Positions 47,168 through 58,634 of a stretch of 64,000 bases of DNA are shown here, piece by piece. The notes beneath the pieces are model-generated. The model was not told where the DNA came from, ran no database searches, and saw only the letters and a program-made list of their open reading frames with translations. Within the stretch, counting starts at the first letter, position 1. The number at the start of each line of letters is the position of its first letter. Source of the DNA: Thecamonas trahens ATCC 50062 (taxonomy: Eukaryota > Protista > Apusomonadida); the NCBI RefSeq assembly GCF_000142905.1, contig NW_013657629.1, positions 1-64,000 on the forward strand, given 5' to 3'. The position numbers and the translations under genes are program-made.

Positions 47168-49020
47168 TCACGGCGGTGAGAGGGTGCCCATCGGCTGCGA
47201 CAAGACACGGTCGAGGGTCGAGACGACAAGGTCGATCGGCGGAAAGACGTTGTGCACGCACCAGATGGAGAAAACATGGCCGATGGCCTGCTCTTCGTGG
47301 CAGATGCTTACGTTGAACGGCTCGTACGGCCGCCAGGTCTCGTCGATGTGCAGCGGAATCTTGTTGAACCACATGTCGTTGTCGTCGCCATTGAGCGAGA
47401 TGACGCCCTCGCCAAACGAGAGCGGGCCAAACTCCCAGAGCATCAACAGGCTTGATGCCCGCCGCATGAAAAGCGTGTTGACCATCGCCGCGCCCGTGGT
47501 GATAACCACCACCCGCGAGTTGTAAAACGGGAGCAGCTGTGCCTTCAGATCAAGGCTACCTATCTCCACAATTTCAAAGCTGTGCTTGTGGTGGAGCGAG
47601 ATGGCTCGGACCTCCTCCACAAACTCGACCCACGGCTCGATGTGCTTGTTCGGCACCCCGCGTCGCGAGATGAGCGTCACTTTCGGTACCATCGGCAGTA
47701 GCTCGTCGCTGTACGCTCCAAACCCTCGGGTCAGCACCATTCGTCGCATCGCCCGGATGGTGTACGCCAGGTCGCGCCGCGCAGACGGCAACGTCTGCCC
47801 AAAAAACAGCGGCTTGGGCACAGCCCTTTCCATGTTCCAGGGATAGATGTCTGGAACGCCCGCCGCCACATGCCGGACGCAAACCGTGCCGCGGTTCTGC
47901 GTATCGAGCTCGTGCGTCGAGAGCGGAAGCCCGTCCCGCCCGGCGCCGTCCCACATCAGGCCGATCATCTCCGACCTGGTCAGCGACCGGAACAGATTCG
48001 TCTGATTCGTCTGGTGGAACGGCGTCTCGGGGCTGCCGTAGCTGTAGAGGAGCGTAGGACGGAGGTGCATGAGCGCCTCCATCGCTCGGTTGCATTGGGC
48101 ACCGTGTTGAGGACGTCAAACGCGACCGCGGCCCGCAGCTCAGCCTCCATCTCGGCGCCCCACTCGCCGGTGGCAAACCGATCGTCAAAGAGCCGCCACA
48201 GTAGCAACCGCGACAGCGTCAAATACGTCGGCATCGTCATGAGCATGTTCATGTCCCAGAGGTTGCCATACGGCACACCGTTAATGTCCACCGCAATGCC
48301 GAGTGGAATCTCGCGCCCGCCAACCTCCGCTGCCATCGCCCGACACGCGTCGAGCGACGGCGCCTGATACATCCTGCCGCCAAAGTACAAGACCGAGTGG
48401 TGGATGGGCACTTCCTGCATTTGGGGCACCAGCTTATACGAGTCGATGATCGGCCACGCGCTCACTTTGGCCCGCACCTTCTCACGCTTGGCCTCGATCT
48501 CTCCCAGCGCAGCCTTGTCATCATCAGCCACGGCTGTGAGGTAAGCAGACACATCGTCGAGGACAACAGGAGTCAGAGTCTGAATAAAGTCGTACTCTGC
48601 GACCGGCGCCAAACCAAACAGCTCTACAGGCTCACCACCTGGCGAGGGAGCCACACCCGGGCCGAGTGCATCTCCTACCACCGGCATCGTCTTTGGCCAC
48701 GGCAAACTGCCCGATGGCGTCACGATCATACGGTTGTGATCGTCGCCAGCCAGTGATGTGATAGGCTCGCTGTCTGACAAGGTCGACGGAGCAGAGACTG
48801 TTCCAGGGCATGGTTCACAGGCATGCTGCTTGGAGCAGGTCGTCGAGCTGGATGATGATGAGCCACTATGCTCACCCGAGCCAAACAGAGATTCGCCCGA
48901 GGTAACAGCACCTTCATACGCGGAGCCCTCTGGCGAGAACAAGCACAGTTGTAAAGAGTAAACAATGACAGCGAGAGAGATTACGACTACCATAGCCACA
49001 TTCCTCACTTTCCGCTTCAT
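47168..49020 (-). pseudogene. Tandem paralog of the GT61-like gene, frameshifted near 48085
   Basis: Colinear similarity to 43431-45416 (MPVVGDALG, VVLDDVSAY, DDRFATGEWGA, TGAAMVNTLF, NVFPPI). Split into ORFs 47980-49026 and 47168-48082 by an apparent 10-nt deletion. Confidence 0.75.
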
Positions 49021-49827
49021 AATCAATACCTGAAGCTCAAGCCAATGGTGAGTATTGCCCCCCTCACACCCACGTCCGCAGAGAGGCCTGGAGTCAAGTG
49101 CCAGCGTGAATCATNNNNNNNNNNNNNNNNNNNNNNNNNNNNNNNNNNNNNNNNNNNNNNNNNNNNNNNNNNNNNNNNNNNNNNNNNNNNNNNNNNNNNN
49201 NNNNNNNNNNNNNNNNNNNNNNNNNNNNNNNNNNNNNNNNNNNNNNNNNNNNNNNNNNNNNNNNNNNNNNNNNNNNNNNNNNNNNNNNNNNNNNNNNNNN
49301 NNNNNNNNNNNNNNNAAGGGGGGGAGGCACGAAGAGGGAGAGCTCGCGCCGCCAGCCTGGCAGAGTGTCTACAAACCTTTGATCACCACCATGTTTGGGC
49401 TAGTTGTTGATCTGCTTTGTATCTACATCAGCTTTGGTTGCTCAGGATCTCTTTCACATGCACACCCTGGTCGCTGTTGATGACAAAGCTGACAACGCAA
49501 GAACAATGGTATTAGCTACCGATCACGCCTTGGGTCACCATCACCACCGCCATCGCAAGCCAACACCACTATCGCTCATCCCTCAACCATCCCCCCCCCC
49601 CAACACACACACACTACCCCACCTCATCCATCCCATCCATGCTATCCATCAAACCCCCCCCTCTCCGCAAAAACCAAAAACACCAACGTCGGATTAATCG
49701 TTCGTTCGGCTTTGACAGCGTGCGGCGGCGGCGGGGGAGGGGGCGGACGATTGGGCGAAGCGACTCGACTCTGTGACACGCGGACAGCCAAGCCAGGAGG
49801 ACTGCAAGCGGTAGAGGTACGGGCATC

Positions 49828-51939
49828 ATGTCCGAGTACGGTATAGAGTTTGTAGACCCAGAGGCGACTGTTCCACCTCATGGACGTAATCGACACTCTG
49901 CCGTTGTTGTCGGGACAAACATGATGGTCTTTGGTGGTTATGCTGGTCGCCGTCTCGCTGACGTCCAAGTCCTCAACTTAGGTAAGTTCCTCCAACGGTC
50001 ACCCGGGCATTCTTCAATTATTTCTCATTCATTTTATCATTCTTCAATTATCTCTCATGGAATTAATCGTTGTTCCCCCCTCCCTCCCGCTGCTACACAC
50101 ACACACACACGCAGCCCGTGGCAGACGCCCTCTCCCCCCATACTCACACTCACACCACCCATACCGTATAATTGGCCAACAACACATGCGCGGTGCTTGT
50201 CTCGCTGGTCGGGGGTGGGCGGAACACGCGAACGGGCGCTGCGGTGGATGGGTATGATTATATTACGATGAATTAATCGTTGCAACGCGAATGGCATTGC
50301 GGCACGTGCCGACGGACAACGGGCGATGAATGGCTGCGATAGAGACCATGACCTGGGCATCTGAAGTCAAGGTTGTGGGCGAGTCATCGGTGACCGGGAC
50401 TGGGAGATGGGGTCATACTGCTGTGGCACTCGGAGCCAAGGTCTACTTCTTTGGCGGCTTTGTGGGCGTCCGGACCTCGGATTTGCTCGTCCTCAACACC
50501 GAAGTCGCTGACAAGACCAAGAAGAAGAAGAAGAAGAAGACTGGTGGGAAGAAGAGAGAGACTCCGCAGCTGTCTGCAGGTCGTCGTCGCGGCCGTGCTT
50601 CTGCCGGAGGATCAGCTTCGCGCGGGGATCGGCTCGGAAGAAGCGGAAGAAGGGCGTCGTAGACGAGGCCACCATGGAAGAGAAGAAGATCAAGCATGCG
50701 CTGGCGGCACTGGCTGCCAGTGGTGATGGTGGGGCTGGTGGAAGTGAGCCTGGTGCTGTGGGGTCGGGCGGAGTTGATGCGGCTGTGGCTGCTGGTGGTG
50801 GCGCTGCTGATGCTGCTGCCGATGCCCCCGACGCGTCTGCCGATGTCGCGGAGGCCGCCGGCGCACAAGGCGGCCGAGTAGCGGCGACTACGCTTGTCCG
50901 TCTCGGGGCGCTCAAGGACATTGGCGCGGTGACGGTTGAGTGGATGAACACCATGATCACGCGCGGCGCCCAGCCGTCGAAGCGCCACTCGCACTCTGCG
51001 GTCGTTGTGGGCGCTGACATGTACGTCTTTGGTGGCTCGATCTCGATGAAGGAGCGAGTTGCAGACATGCACTGCCTCAATCTCGAAACACTGGCCTGGT
51101 CGCGGGTCGGCCTCGGCGACGACGCCAGCGCTGCAGCCCGGTCGTCATCCGAGGTCCCGGACACCCGCTACGCCCACAGCGCAGTAGCCGTCGGCACCTC
51201 GATCTACATCTTTGGCGGCTCACACTACTCGATCCACGGGCTTAACGACATGTATGTCTTTGACACGCTCACCTCGACGTGGTCACGGGTTGCCACCGTC
51301 GGCATTCCGCCGACCCGCCGCTACTATCACGCCACCGCTGTGGTTGGCACCGACATCTACATCTTTGGTGGCTTTGATGGCTCGCCGCGCGTCTCGGACG
51401 TCCACGTCTTCCGCACGCTTACGTCGACCTGGGAGGCCATCACCACCTACGGCCCGCATCCGTCGCCGCGCCATGGCCACACAGCCGTCACCTGCCCGGC
51501 TTTTCCGGGCACCGTCTTTCTCTACGGCGGCTTTGACGGCTCGCAACCATGGTCCAACGAGCTCTTTGTCTATGACACTGTCACTGCCACCTTTTCACGC
51601 CCGGACGTCCGCACATCGCTACATCGCTCGTTTGACGCCATCGTCGCCTCGGTCCTCACGCCCGACACCGCTGACGCCGACGCCGACGCCGACGCGGAAC
51701 CGAGCAAGGCGGCGGCGACCGACGGTGACGCGGCCGGTGCTACGCCGACGACGTCTACAGAAGCCAAAGTCAGTGCTTTGCCGGCAACAGGCAGCGGCGA
51801 GGCAAGACCGACCCAGCCGGCGGCCGCACGTAAGCCGGCAGGCTCGACTATCGCACCGGCGCCGGCGCCCGAGCCGGCAGCCGTTCCGCGGCAGCTCGGC
51901 CTCGACGACGGCGCCGGCGTGGCCATGCGTGTCGAGTAA
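49828..51939 (+). CDS. Kelch-repeat beta-propeller protein
   Basis: Exon 1 49828-49981, intron 49982-50342 (GTAAGT...TAG). Six RxxH[ST]AV...FGG-type repeats. A frame change between ~50550 and 50670 is either an extra intron or a slip in an AG run. Confidence 0.8.
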
Positions 51940-51989
51940 AGCGTAAACCGAGACGATGGATGGAGGGAAAATGGGTTTACTCTCCCGCA

Positions 51990-53108
51990 CTACAAGTTGG
52001 GATAGTTGAGCCAGTCTTCGATGCCGGCAAGCGTGTTGGGCTCGCCGCGGAGCGCGTGGCGCTGGGTAGCAGTGGCGGTGTAGACTGCACGGCGGATGTC
52101 CTGTAGAAAGCCGAGCGGCTGGTGAGCAACGAGCGAGAGCCACGGATTGAATGACATGTGGCGGCAAAAGGCAAGATGCGGGGCATCCCAGACGTAGGCC
52201 GTCGGCCGCGGGAGGAGGATCTGGCCGAGGGTGTGCCACGGCGAGCTCCAGCGAATGGTGGTGTCGTTGATGGGGGTCGAGTGGGGCGAGACAAAGAACT
52301 GGACATCGATCTCCATGCACACGGCCTTGTTGGCAGGCAGGTCCATCCAGATGTCGCGGATGAGGTTATCGGTGAGAAAGTTGGCGTCAAAGAAGGCCTT
52401 GGGCAGCGGGCCGTGAAGCTTGCGCAGATGAGCGCGGGTGGAGGCGCAAGGACGGACTCGATACTTGGCCGGTGTGTCACCGTGCATCTGCGCCGGCGCA
52501 GTGTAGTAGGTAGCGGTGAGCACGTTCTGGATGGCGCCGTAGACCGAGGTCTCGGCGAAGCCCTTGCCGACTGACGGGTGGAGGAGCAGGTACTTTGAGA
52601 GTGCGGTGGCGCCTTGCTGGACGGCCTTGAAAAACCCGACGGCGAGCTCGGGCGTGGCGAGAAAGGCTGTGGGGGAGGTGGTAAAGGTAAACGCCTGCGT
52701 GTTGTTCGACTCCATCACAAACTCGCCGTCAACGTTGAAGATCTTGAGCGCAAAGCCTCGTGTGTCCGGCACGGCATCCGACTCGTTGGCGACAATGGGC
52801 GGAGCGGCGAATCCGCGGCCGACTCCGTTGGAGAAGCGAACAAAGAGCGGGTAGCTCGCGCCAGGAGTAAAGATCCCTCCCTCGAGCTCGGCCGGGAGAT
52901 TGTCGGCCACCTGAAGATGGCCTCGAATGCATCCATGCTGCTTGGCATGCGCCTGGCGGAGCCAATTGCTTGGCGCCTGAGAAAACTGATTTGACATAGA
53001 GTGTTCGAAAATGCCTTGCACCACGCTCGGCACATCCTGTCCGGCGGCAACGGCGGAGGCAAGGGCAAGGGCAAAGAGGGCGACAAAGGCCAGTGCAATG
53101 TTGTGCAT
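51990..53108 (-). CDS. Secreted catalase-like heme protein (small catalase-related family)
   Basis: Signal peptide MHNIALAFVALFALALASAVAA; RQAHAKQHGC (distal His), VRFSNG, PDTRGFALK, FNPW, PLG, RRAVY (proximal Tyr). Intronless. Confidence 0.85.
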   Translation of the reverse strand: MHNIALAFVALFALALASAVAAGQDVPSVVQGIFEHSMSNQFSQAPSNWLRQAHAKQHGCIRGHLQVADNLPAELEGGIFTPGASYPLFVRFSNGVGRGFAAPPIVANESDAVPDTRGFALKIFNVDGEFVMESNNTQAFTFTTSPTAFLATPELAVGFFKAVQQGATALSKYLLLHPSVGKGFAETSVYGAIQNVLTATYYTAPAQMHGDTPAKYRVRPCASTRAHLRKLHGPLPKAFFDANFLTDNLIRDIWMDLPANKAVCMEIDVQFFVSPHSTPINDTTIRWSSPWHTLGQILLPRPTAYVWDAPHLAFCRHMSFNPWLSLVAHQPLGFLQDIRRAVYTATATQRHALRGEPNTLAGIEDWLNYPNL

Positions 53109-53384
53109 GACTTGCTTTTCACGTGAGTGGGAGTCTTTCGCGTGTAAAGTGTAGCGGCTCTCGAGCTCGCTCGCGGTCGACGGTGTTTTGGTTGCGCAAC
53201 ACGTGCAGGGAAAAAGCGGTGGCGCCATCGGAATGGTGTGGAGGTCACGTGGTGTCCTTTTGTAAACAGAGCCGAGTGAGGGGAAGGGGGGGGGGGCACG
53301 GCGATGGCCCAAGAGACGCGCAGTGCGTACTCAAGGGTGGGTAGGGGGCGGAGGGGCGGTATGATCGCGACGGGCGCGGTGATG

Positions 53385-54257
53385 TCAGTGGCGGACAGGG
53401 GTGACAGCAAGAGCGGCGAGGGCCTCGCGGCGGCGGCGCAGATTGGGGAGCTCGTCGGTGTAGCCGCCGGGGCGAAGAGAGGCGCGCCAGGCGGGCTTGA
53501 GGTTGAGAAAGGTCTCGCGAACGTAAAGGTCTTGCTTGGAGCCCGAGACGTGCGAGAGATCGGCATGGCGGGCCCTGTCGAGCGGCTTGGGCTTGGCAAA
53601 GGTGGCCTTTGCGGCGACAGCGGCGGCGAGCTTCCGCTTTGAGTCCGCCATTCGGCGGGCTGACTCGATGGCATGGACGGCTTCCATGTCAACGTCGCCC
53701 CCGCGACCGGCCTCTGCCTCCTCACGCAGATACTCAGCTTCGCGGGCGGCCTTGATCTCCTCCTGGCGGCGGCGACGAGCAGCATCGGCCTCTGCAGCAG
53801 CGTGAGCCTTGTCGCGGTCCTTGCGAGCATTGATGCGGTGAATTTCAGCAGCATGGAGCTTTGCGTAGGCCTTGACCTTTTCAGCAGTCTCATCGATGAC
53901 CTTGAGGTCGCCGTATGTGTAGTCAAAGATGATCTCTTCGACCTCTTCCAAGTAATCGTTGTACGCTCTGTCCGAGTCAAACTCCTTTCGATCCTTGTTG
54001 TACACCTCGAGCACTTTCTTCCGAATATACACATCCCTCTCCACAGCACCATCAGCAAAGGTAGGCTTTCGATAATCGCTCCGATTGACAAGACGAGCAC
54101 AGGTAGGACACTTTGCTGCCTTTGTGGTAAAGGCTCGCGCAAAGCACTTTGAGCATCGTTTGTGCCCACACACCACAGAGACAAGCAGCTCGAGTCGGGA
54201 AAAGTGCAGCTGTGTCCGACACTCGGGACACACGCTATCTCCCTCGGTCTCGTCCAT
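53385..54257 (-). CDS. MNAT1: CDK-activating kinase assembly factor MAT1
   Basis: RING CPEC...CGHKRCSKC...CPTC followed by FADGAVERDVYIRKKVLEVYNK...DRAYNDYLEEVEEII, and C-terminal PGGY....RRREAL. Confidence 0.92.
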   Translation of the reverse strand: MDETEGDSVCPECRTQLHFSRLELLVSVVCGHKRCSKCFARAFTTKAAKCPTCARLVNRSDYRKPTFADGAVERDVYIRKKVLEVYNKDRKEFDSDRAYNDYLEEVEEIIFDYTYGDLKVIDETAEKVKAYAKLHAAEIHRINARKDRDKAHAAAEADAARRRRQEEIKAAREAEYLREEAEAGRGGDVDMEAVHAIESARRMADSKRKLAAAVAAKATFAKPKPLDRARHADLSHVSGSKQDLYVRETFLNLKPAWRASLRPGGYTDELPNLRRRREALAALAVTPVRH

Positions 54258-54925
54258 ACTCGTGGCTGGTGGTGTTGGGGTGTGGTGTGGTGAGGTGGTG
54301 GTGCGAGGGGGGGCTGTGTTGGTAGGGGGGGGGCGGGGGTAGGGTAGGGACGACGTCGGNNNNNNNNNNNNNNNNNNNNNNNNNNNNNNNNNNNNNNNNN
54401 NNNNNNNNNNNNNNNNNNNNNNNNNNNNNNNNNNNNNNNNNNNNNNNNNNNNNNNNNNNGGTGAGGCAGCCAGCAACGTTCGTGTCGTGGGCGTTGTCGG
54501 GGTGATACTCGCTTTGGTGGTCATGGAAGCCGACGCTGTTAACCGACCTTGGCAAGCTCGTTGTGGATGGGGGGGGGGGGGGGGGGTAATTGGGGGACGA
54601 AGGGCAACTCGGGTCGTGTCGTGTCATGGGTTGGTATCAAGGAGCAGAGATGGTGTGAACGATGATGGTGTGATGGTGGGGCGCGGGGAAGAATTGCGAT
54701 CGAGTCAACCGAACATACCATAGCCATGACGATCATCCGCGAGTCATAGTCATAGAGGGCGAACCAAGACATGTTGCACACAACGAGTTCTGATAAGCAA
54801 TGACGGTCATCAGTTGGAATGACCTTGCACGATTCGTGCGGCACTGGCTTTCCATCAATGCTCCGCCACCAGCAGTGAGAGGCAGCCAGAGCGACAGACC
54901 CCTCTACAACCAGCCTGTGACGACC

Positions 54926-57900
54926 ATGCGGTGCATTGCACTGTACGAGTGCATTGCAGACGAAGATGATGAGCTTTCCTTCCCAGAGGGTACGTATTCC
55001 TTACCCAAACACCCTCCATTCTCCTTCCCCATGCTCTCCCTGTCCCCCCCCCCCTTCCCCTCCCTTGCTCCCTCTTCGCCACTTCGACCATAATCGGCCT
55101 GCCAGCGCCCCGCCCGGTGAGATTTTAATCAATGGACCACGTTGAATTTATCATTCCCCCCCCCCCCCCCCGCCTCCGCCCCCGCGGCTCTTGTCAGTCA
55201 CCCTTTGTCGAACCCCGAAAAGGGGACCAATTTCTGTCTCGCAAGGGAAGGGTTTCCGGCGAGCCTTCGATTATTTGATATAACAATTATCATTGGTGAC
55301 ATTGCCGCCGCCCCCCTTCCTTCCCCCGCCCCGCGCCCCCGTGCGCAGCACATGCTTGCAAGGCTTGGTTGTTGTGAAGGGAGGAATGTGTTTTAGGAGC
55401 GGAAAAGTAGATGTGTAGATAGAAGAGGCTCTTGAGTATATAATGTGGTGGTTGTGGTCATTGTATCTGTATTATTGGGGGTGTTACAGGCTTGCGGATG
55501 ATGGCCGGTGATGAAGGTGGAGGTGGTGCCGGTGGCCAAAGGTGTAACCAAGTCATGCCATGACCCGCTCCCTCCCCTCCCTCCCCCTCCCCCCCCCCCA
55601 CCACACACACCGCATATCCATACCCATACCCATCATTTCACTCATTATATGTACGGATGGCTGCTGGCTTGTCTTCGTCTTCGTCTTCGTCTTCTCGCAC
55701 TGGACGTACCTGCTCATGTGCCCATACTCTTCCTCGCTCTCGTCCATCACGACTTGCCCTGATCGGTCGCTGCTCGCTCACGCACTCGTCCATGTCGCGC
55801 CTCTCGCCCGGATTGGTCGCTGCTCGCTCACGCACTCGTCCATGTCGCGCCTCTCGCCCTGATCGGTCGCTGCTCGCTCACGGGCTCGTCCATGTCGCGC
55901 CTTTCGCCCGGATCGGTCGTTGCTCGCTCACGGGCTCGCTCACGTACTCGCTCTGCTTCGTCCCTCCCCCTCCCCCCCCCCCACACACACACCGCATATC
56001 CATACCCATACCCATCATTTCACTCATTATATGTACGGATGGCTGCTGGCTTGTCTTCGTCTTCGTCTTCGTCTTCTCGCACTGGACGTACCTGCTAATG
56101 TGCCCATACTCTTCCTCGCTCTCGTCCATCACGACTTGCCCTGATCGGTCGCTGCTCGCTCACGCACTCGTCCATGTCGCGCCTTTCGCCCGGATTGGTC
56201 GCTGCTCGCTCACGGGCTCGTCCATGTCGCGCCTCTCGCCCGGATCGGTCGTTGCTCGCTCACGGGCTCGCTCACGTACTCGCTCTCGACCTTTTCACCC
56301 GCTGAAACAGGTGCCACTATCGACGAAGTCGACAAGTGCGACGATAACGGCTGGTGGATGGGCACGTACGACGGCAAGCGTGGTGTCTTTCCCTCTGACT
56401 ACGTCCAGGTGCTAGAGGAACAGGCTACGGGCGCAGACGACGACGCATGGGCCGCAGGCGCCGCCGTTGTAGACGATGGCGCGTGGGCCGCCGCAGACGA
56501 CCTCCCGCCACCGCCGCCCGACGACCTCCTCGCCACCGTCGCCGACGCTGAGCACATTACCGTCCAGGCCCTCTACGAGTGTCAAGCTGACGAAGCCGAC
56601 GAGCTCTCCTTTCCCGAGGGCGCCATCATCACCAACGTCGTCGCCGACCAGGAGGGCTGGTACTACGGCGAGTACAACGGCACCGCCGGCGTCTTCCCCA
56701 TCGACTACGTCCAAATCATCGAGGAAGAGCTCCCTCTACCGAACGACCTCCCGCTGCCCGACACCCTCCCGCCTCCCGACAACATGCTACTTCCCGACGA
56801 CCCGCCGCCGCCAGAGCCGGTGGCCTGGGACGAGCCTGCACAAGAGCTGGGCGAGCCCGCTGCCTGGGACGCGCCTGCTGATCCTTGGGCAGCCGAACCA
56901 GAGCCGGCGCCTGCTGTTGACGACGCCGCGCCTCCTGTTGGCCTGCCCATCCTCGAGGCTCCGCCCGACATCCCCGAGGTCGACGACATGATGGGCGACA
57001 TGCTCGCCGGGCTCGACGAGTTTGACGACATTCTCAAGGAGAAGAAGCGCGAGCGCCGCAATCGCCGTGACGACGACTCCTCCATCGCAGCGTCATCCGG
57101 TGCCAACTTTCAAGCTGCCGACGCCTCGGCCCTGGAGCAGCTCGATGAGATGTTCGCCGGCTTTGACGGCGGCGAAGTCGACATGTCCGCCTTTGACATG
57201 GCGGGCTTTGACGACCCGACCACATCGGCCCTCCCCGACGTCGATGCCCTCGCCCAGGTCGAGGCCTCGATGAACGACATGTTCTCTGAGGAGGACTTTA
57301 TGCCTGCCGCCCCAGAACCCGCCCCAGAGCCCGCCGCGGAGCCCACCCAGGCCCCGGCCCCGGCCCCGGCCCCGGCCCCGGTGCCAAAGCCCGCTCCAGC
57401 CGCCGCAAAGCCCAACCCGGTCGTTCCCGCAAAAACCGCCGCCCCCGCGCCGGTCGAAAAGCCGCCCAAGGCTGTCCCGTCAGGCCGCGGTGCCCCGCGA
57501 GGCCGTGGCGCCCCTCGTGGTGCTCCTCGCGGCCGTGCCGCTCCCCGCGGCGCTCCCCGCGGCGCTCCTCGCGGCCGTGCCGCTCCCCGCGGCGCTCCCC
57601 GTGGTGCTCCTCGCGGCCGTGCCGCTCCCCGCGGCGCCCCCCGTGGCGCCCCCCGTGGTGTGCCCCGCGGCCGTGGTGCGCCTCGCGGCCGAGGTGCTGG
57701 TGCCGGTCCGCCCGCGCCCATCTCCAAGGCTGCAAAGCCGGCGCCCATCTCCAAGGCTGCAAAGCCGGCGCCCGTCCCCAAGGCTGCAAAGCCGGCGCCC
57801 GTCCCCAAGGCTGCAAAGCCGGCGCCCGTCCCCAAGGCCGCAAAGCCGGCGCCTGTCCCCAAGGCCGCAAAGCCCGTGCCTGCTCGCGGCGCTCCGCGTG

Positions 57901-58610
57901 GCCGCGCTGCCCCGCGCGGAGCAGCAGCGCCACGAGGCACTGTTCGTGGTCGTGGTGTCGTCCGTGGCGCTCCCCGCGGAGCCCCTGCCGTTCGCGCCGC
58001 GCCGCGCGGTGCCGTTCGGGGTGCTGCAGCGCCGCGCGGTGCTGTTCGGGGTGCTGCAGCGCCGCGCGGTGCCGTTCGGGGTGCTGCAGCGCCGCGCGGT
58101 GCCGTTCGGGGTGCTGCAGCGTCGCGCGGTGCCGTTCGGGGTGCTGCAGCGCCGCGCGGTGCCGTTCGGGGTGCTGCAGCGCCGCGCGGTGCTGTTCGGG
58201 GTGCTGCAGCGCCGCGCGGTGCTGTTCGGGGCGCTGCCGCGCCGCGCGGTGCCGTTCGGGGTGCTGCAGCGCCGCGGGGTGCCGTTCGGGGCGCCGTCCG
58301 TGGTCGTGCCGCCCCGCGTGGTGCCGTCCGTGGCACTGTACGTGGTCGTGCCGCCCCGCGCGGTGTCGTCCGTGGTGCTGCCCCACGCGGTGCCGTCCGC
58401 GGCCGTGCCGCTCCACGTGGTGTCGTCCGTGGTGCTGCCCCACGCGGTGCCGTCCGCGGCCGCGCCGCTCCGCGTGGCACCCCCGCCGTCCGTGCCGCCC
58501 CTCGCGGTGCGGTGCGTGGCCGTGCTGCCCCCCGTGGCGCTGTCCGTGGCCGAGGCGTTCCGCGCGGCGCCGTCCGTGCTCGCGGTTCGCCCCGTGGTCG
58601 TGGTGTCTAG
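54926..58610 (+). CDS. Protein with two SH3 domains, an acidic/Pro-rich middle and a long Arg/Gly/Ala/Pro repeat tail
   Basis: Exon 1 54926-54989 (MRCIALYECIADEDDELSFPE), phase-1 intron 54990-56310 (GTACGT...CAG), exon 2 GATIDEVDKCDDNGWWMG...GVFPSDYV. Second SH3 ALYECQADEADELSF...GVFPIDYV. Repeats (RGAP)n, (KAAKPAPVP)n, (RGAVRGAAAP)n. Confidence 0.88.
55581..56286 (+). repeat. Intronic tandem duplication (~380 bp and ~330 bp copies) containing nested 50-bp repeats
   Basis: Near-identical copies start at ~55581 and ~55963. The 50-bp unit GATCGGTCGCTGCTCGCTCACGCACTCGTCCATGTCGCGCCTCTCGCCCG recurs at 55761, 55811, 55861, 55911 and 56143, 56193, 56243. Confidence 0.9.
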
Positions 58611-58634
58611 TCCGGTACCACTCGTCTCGCAGCC

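Noticed and set aside
55761-56286. Regular 50-bp repeats as a CRISPR-like array
   Set aside because: Head-to-tail tandem units without unique spacers, inside an intron.
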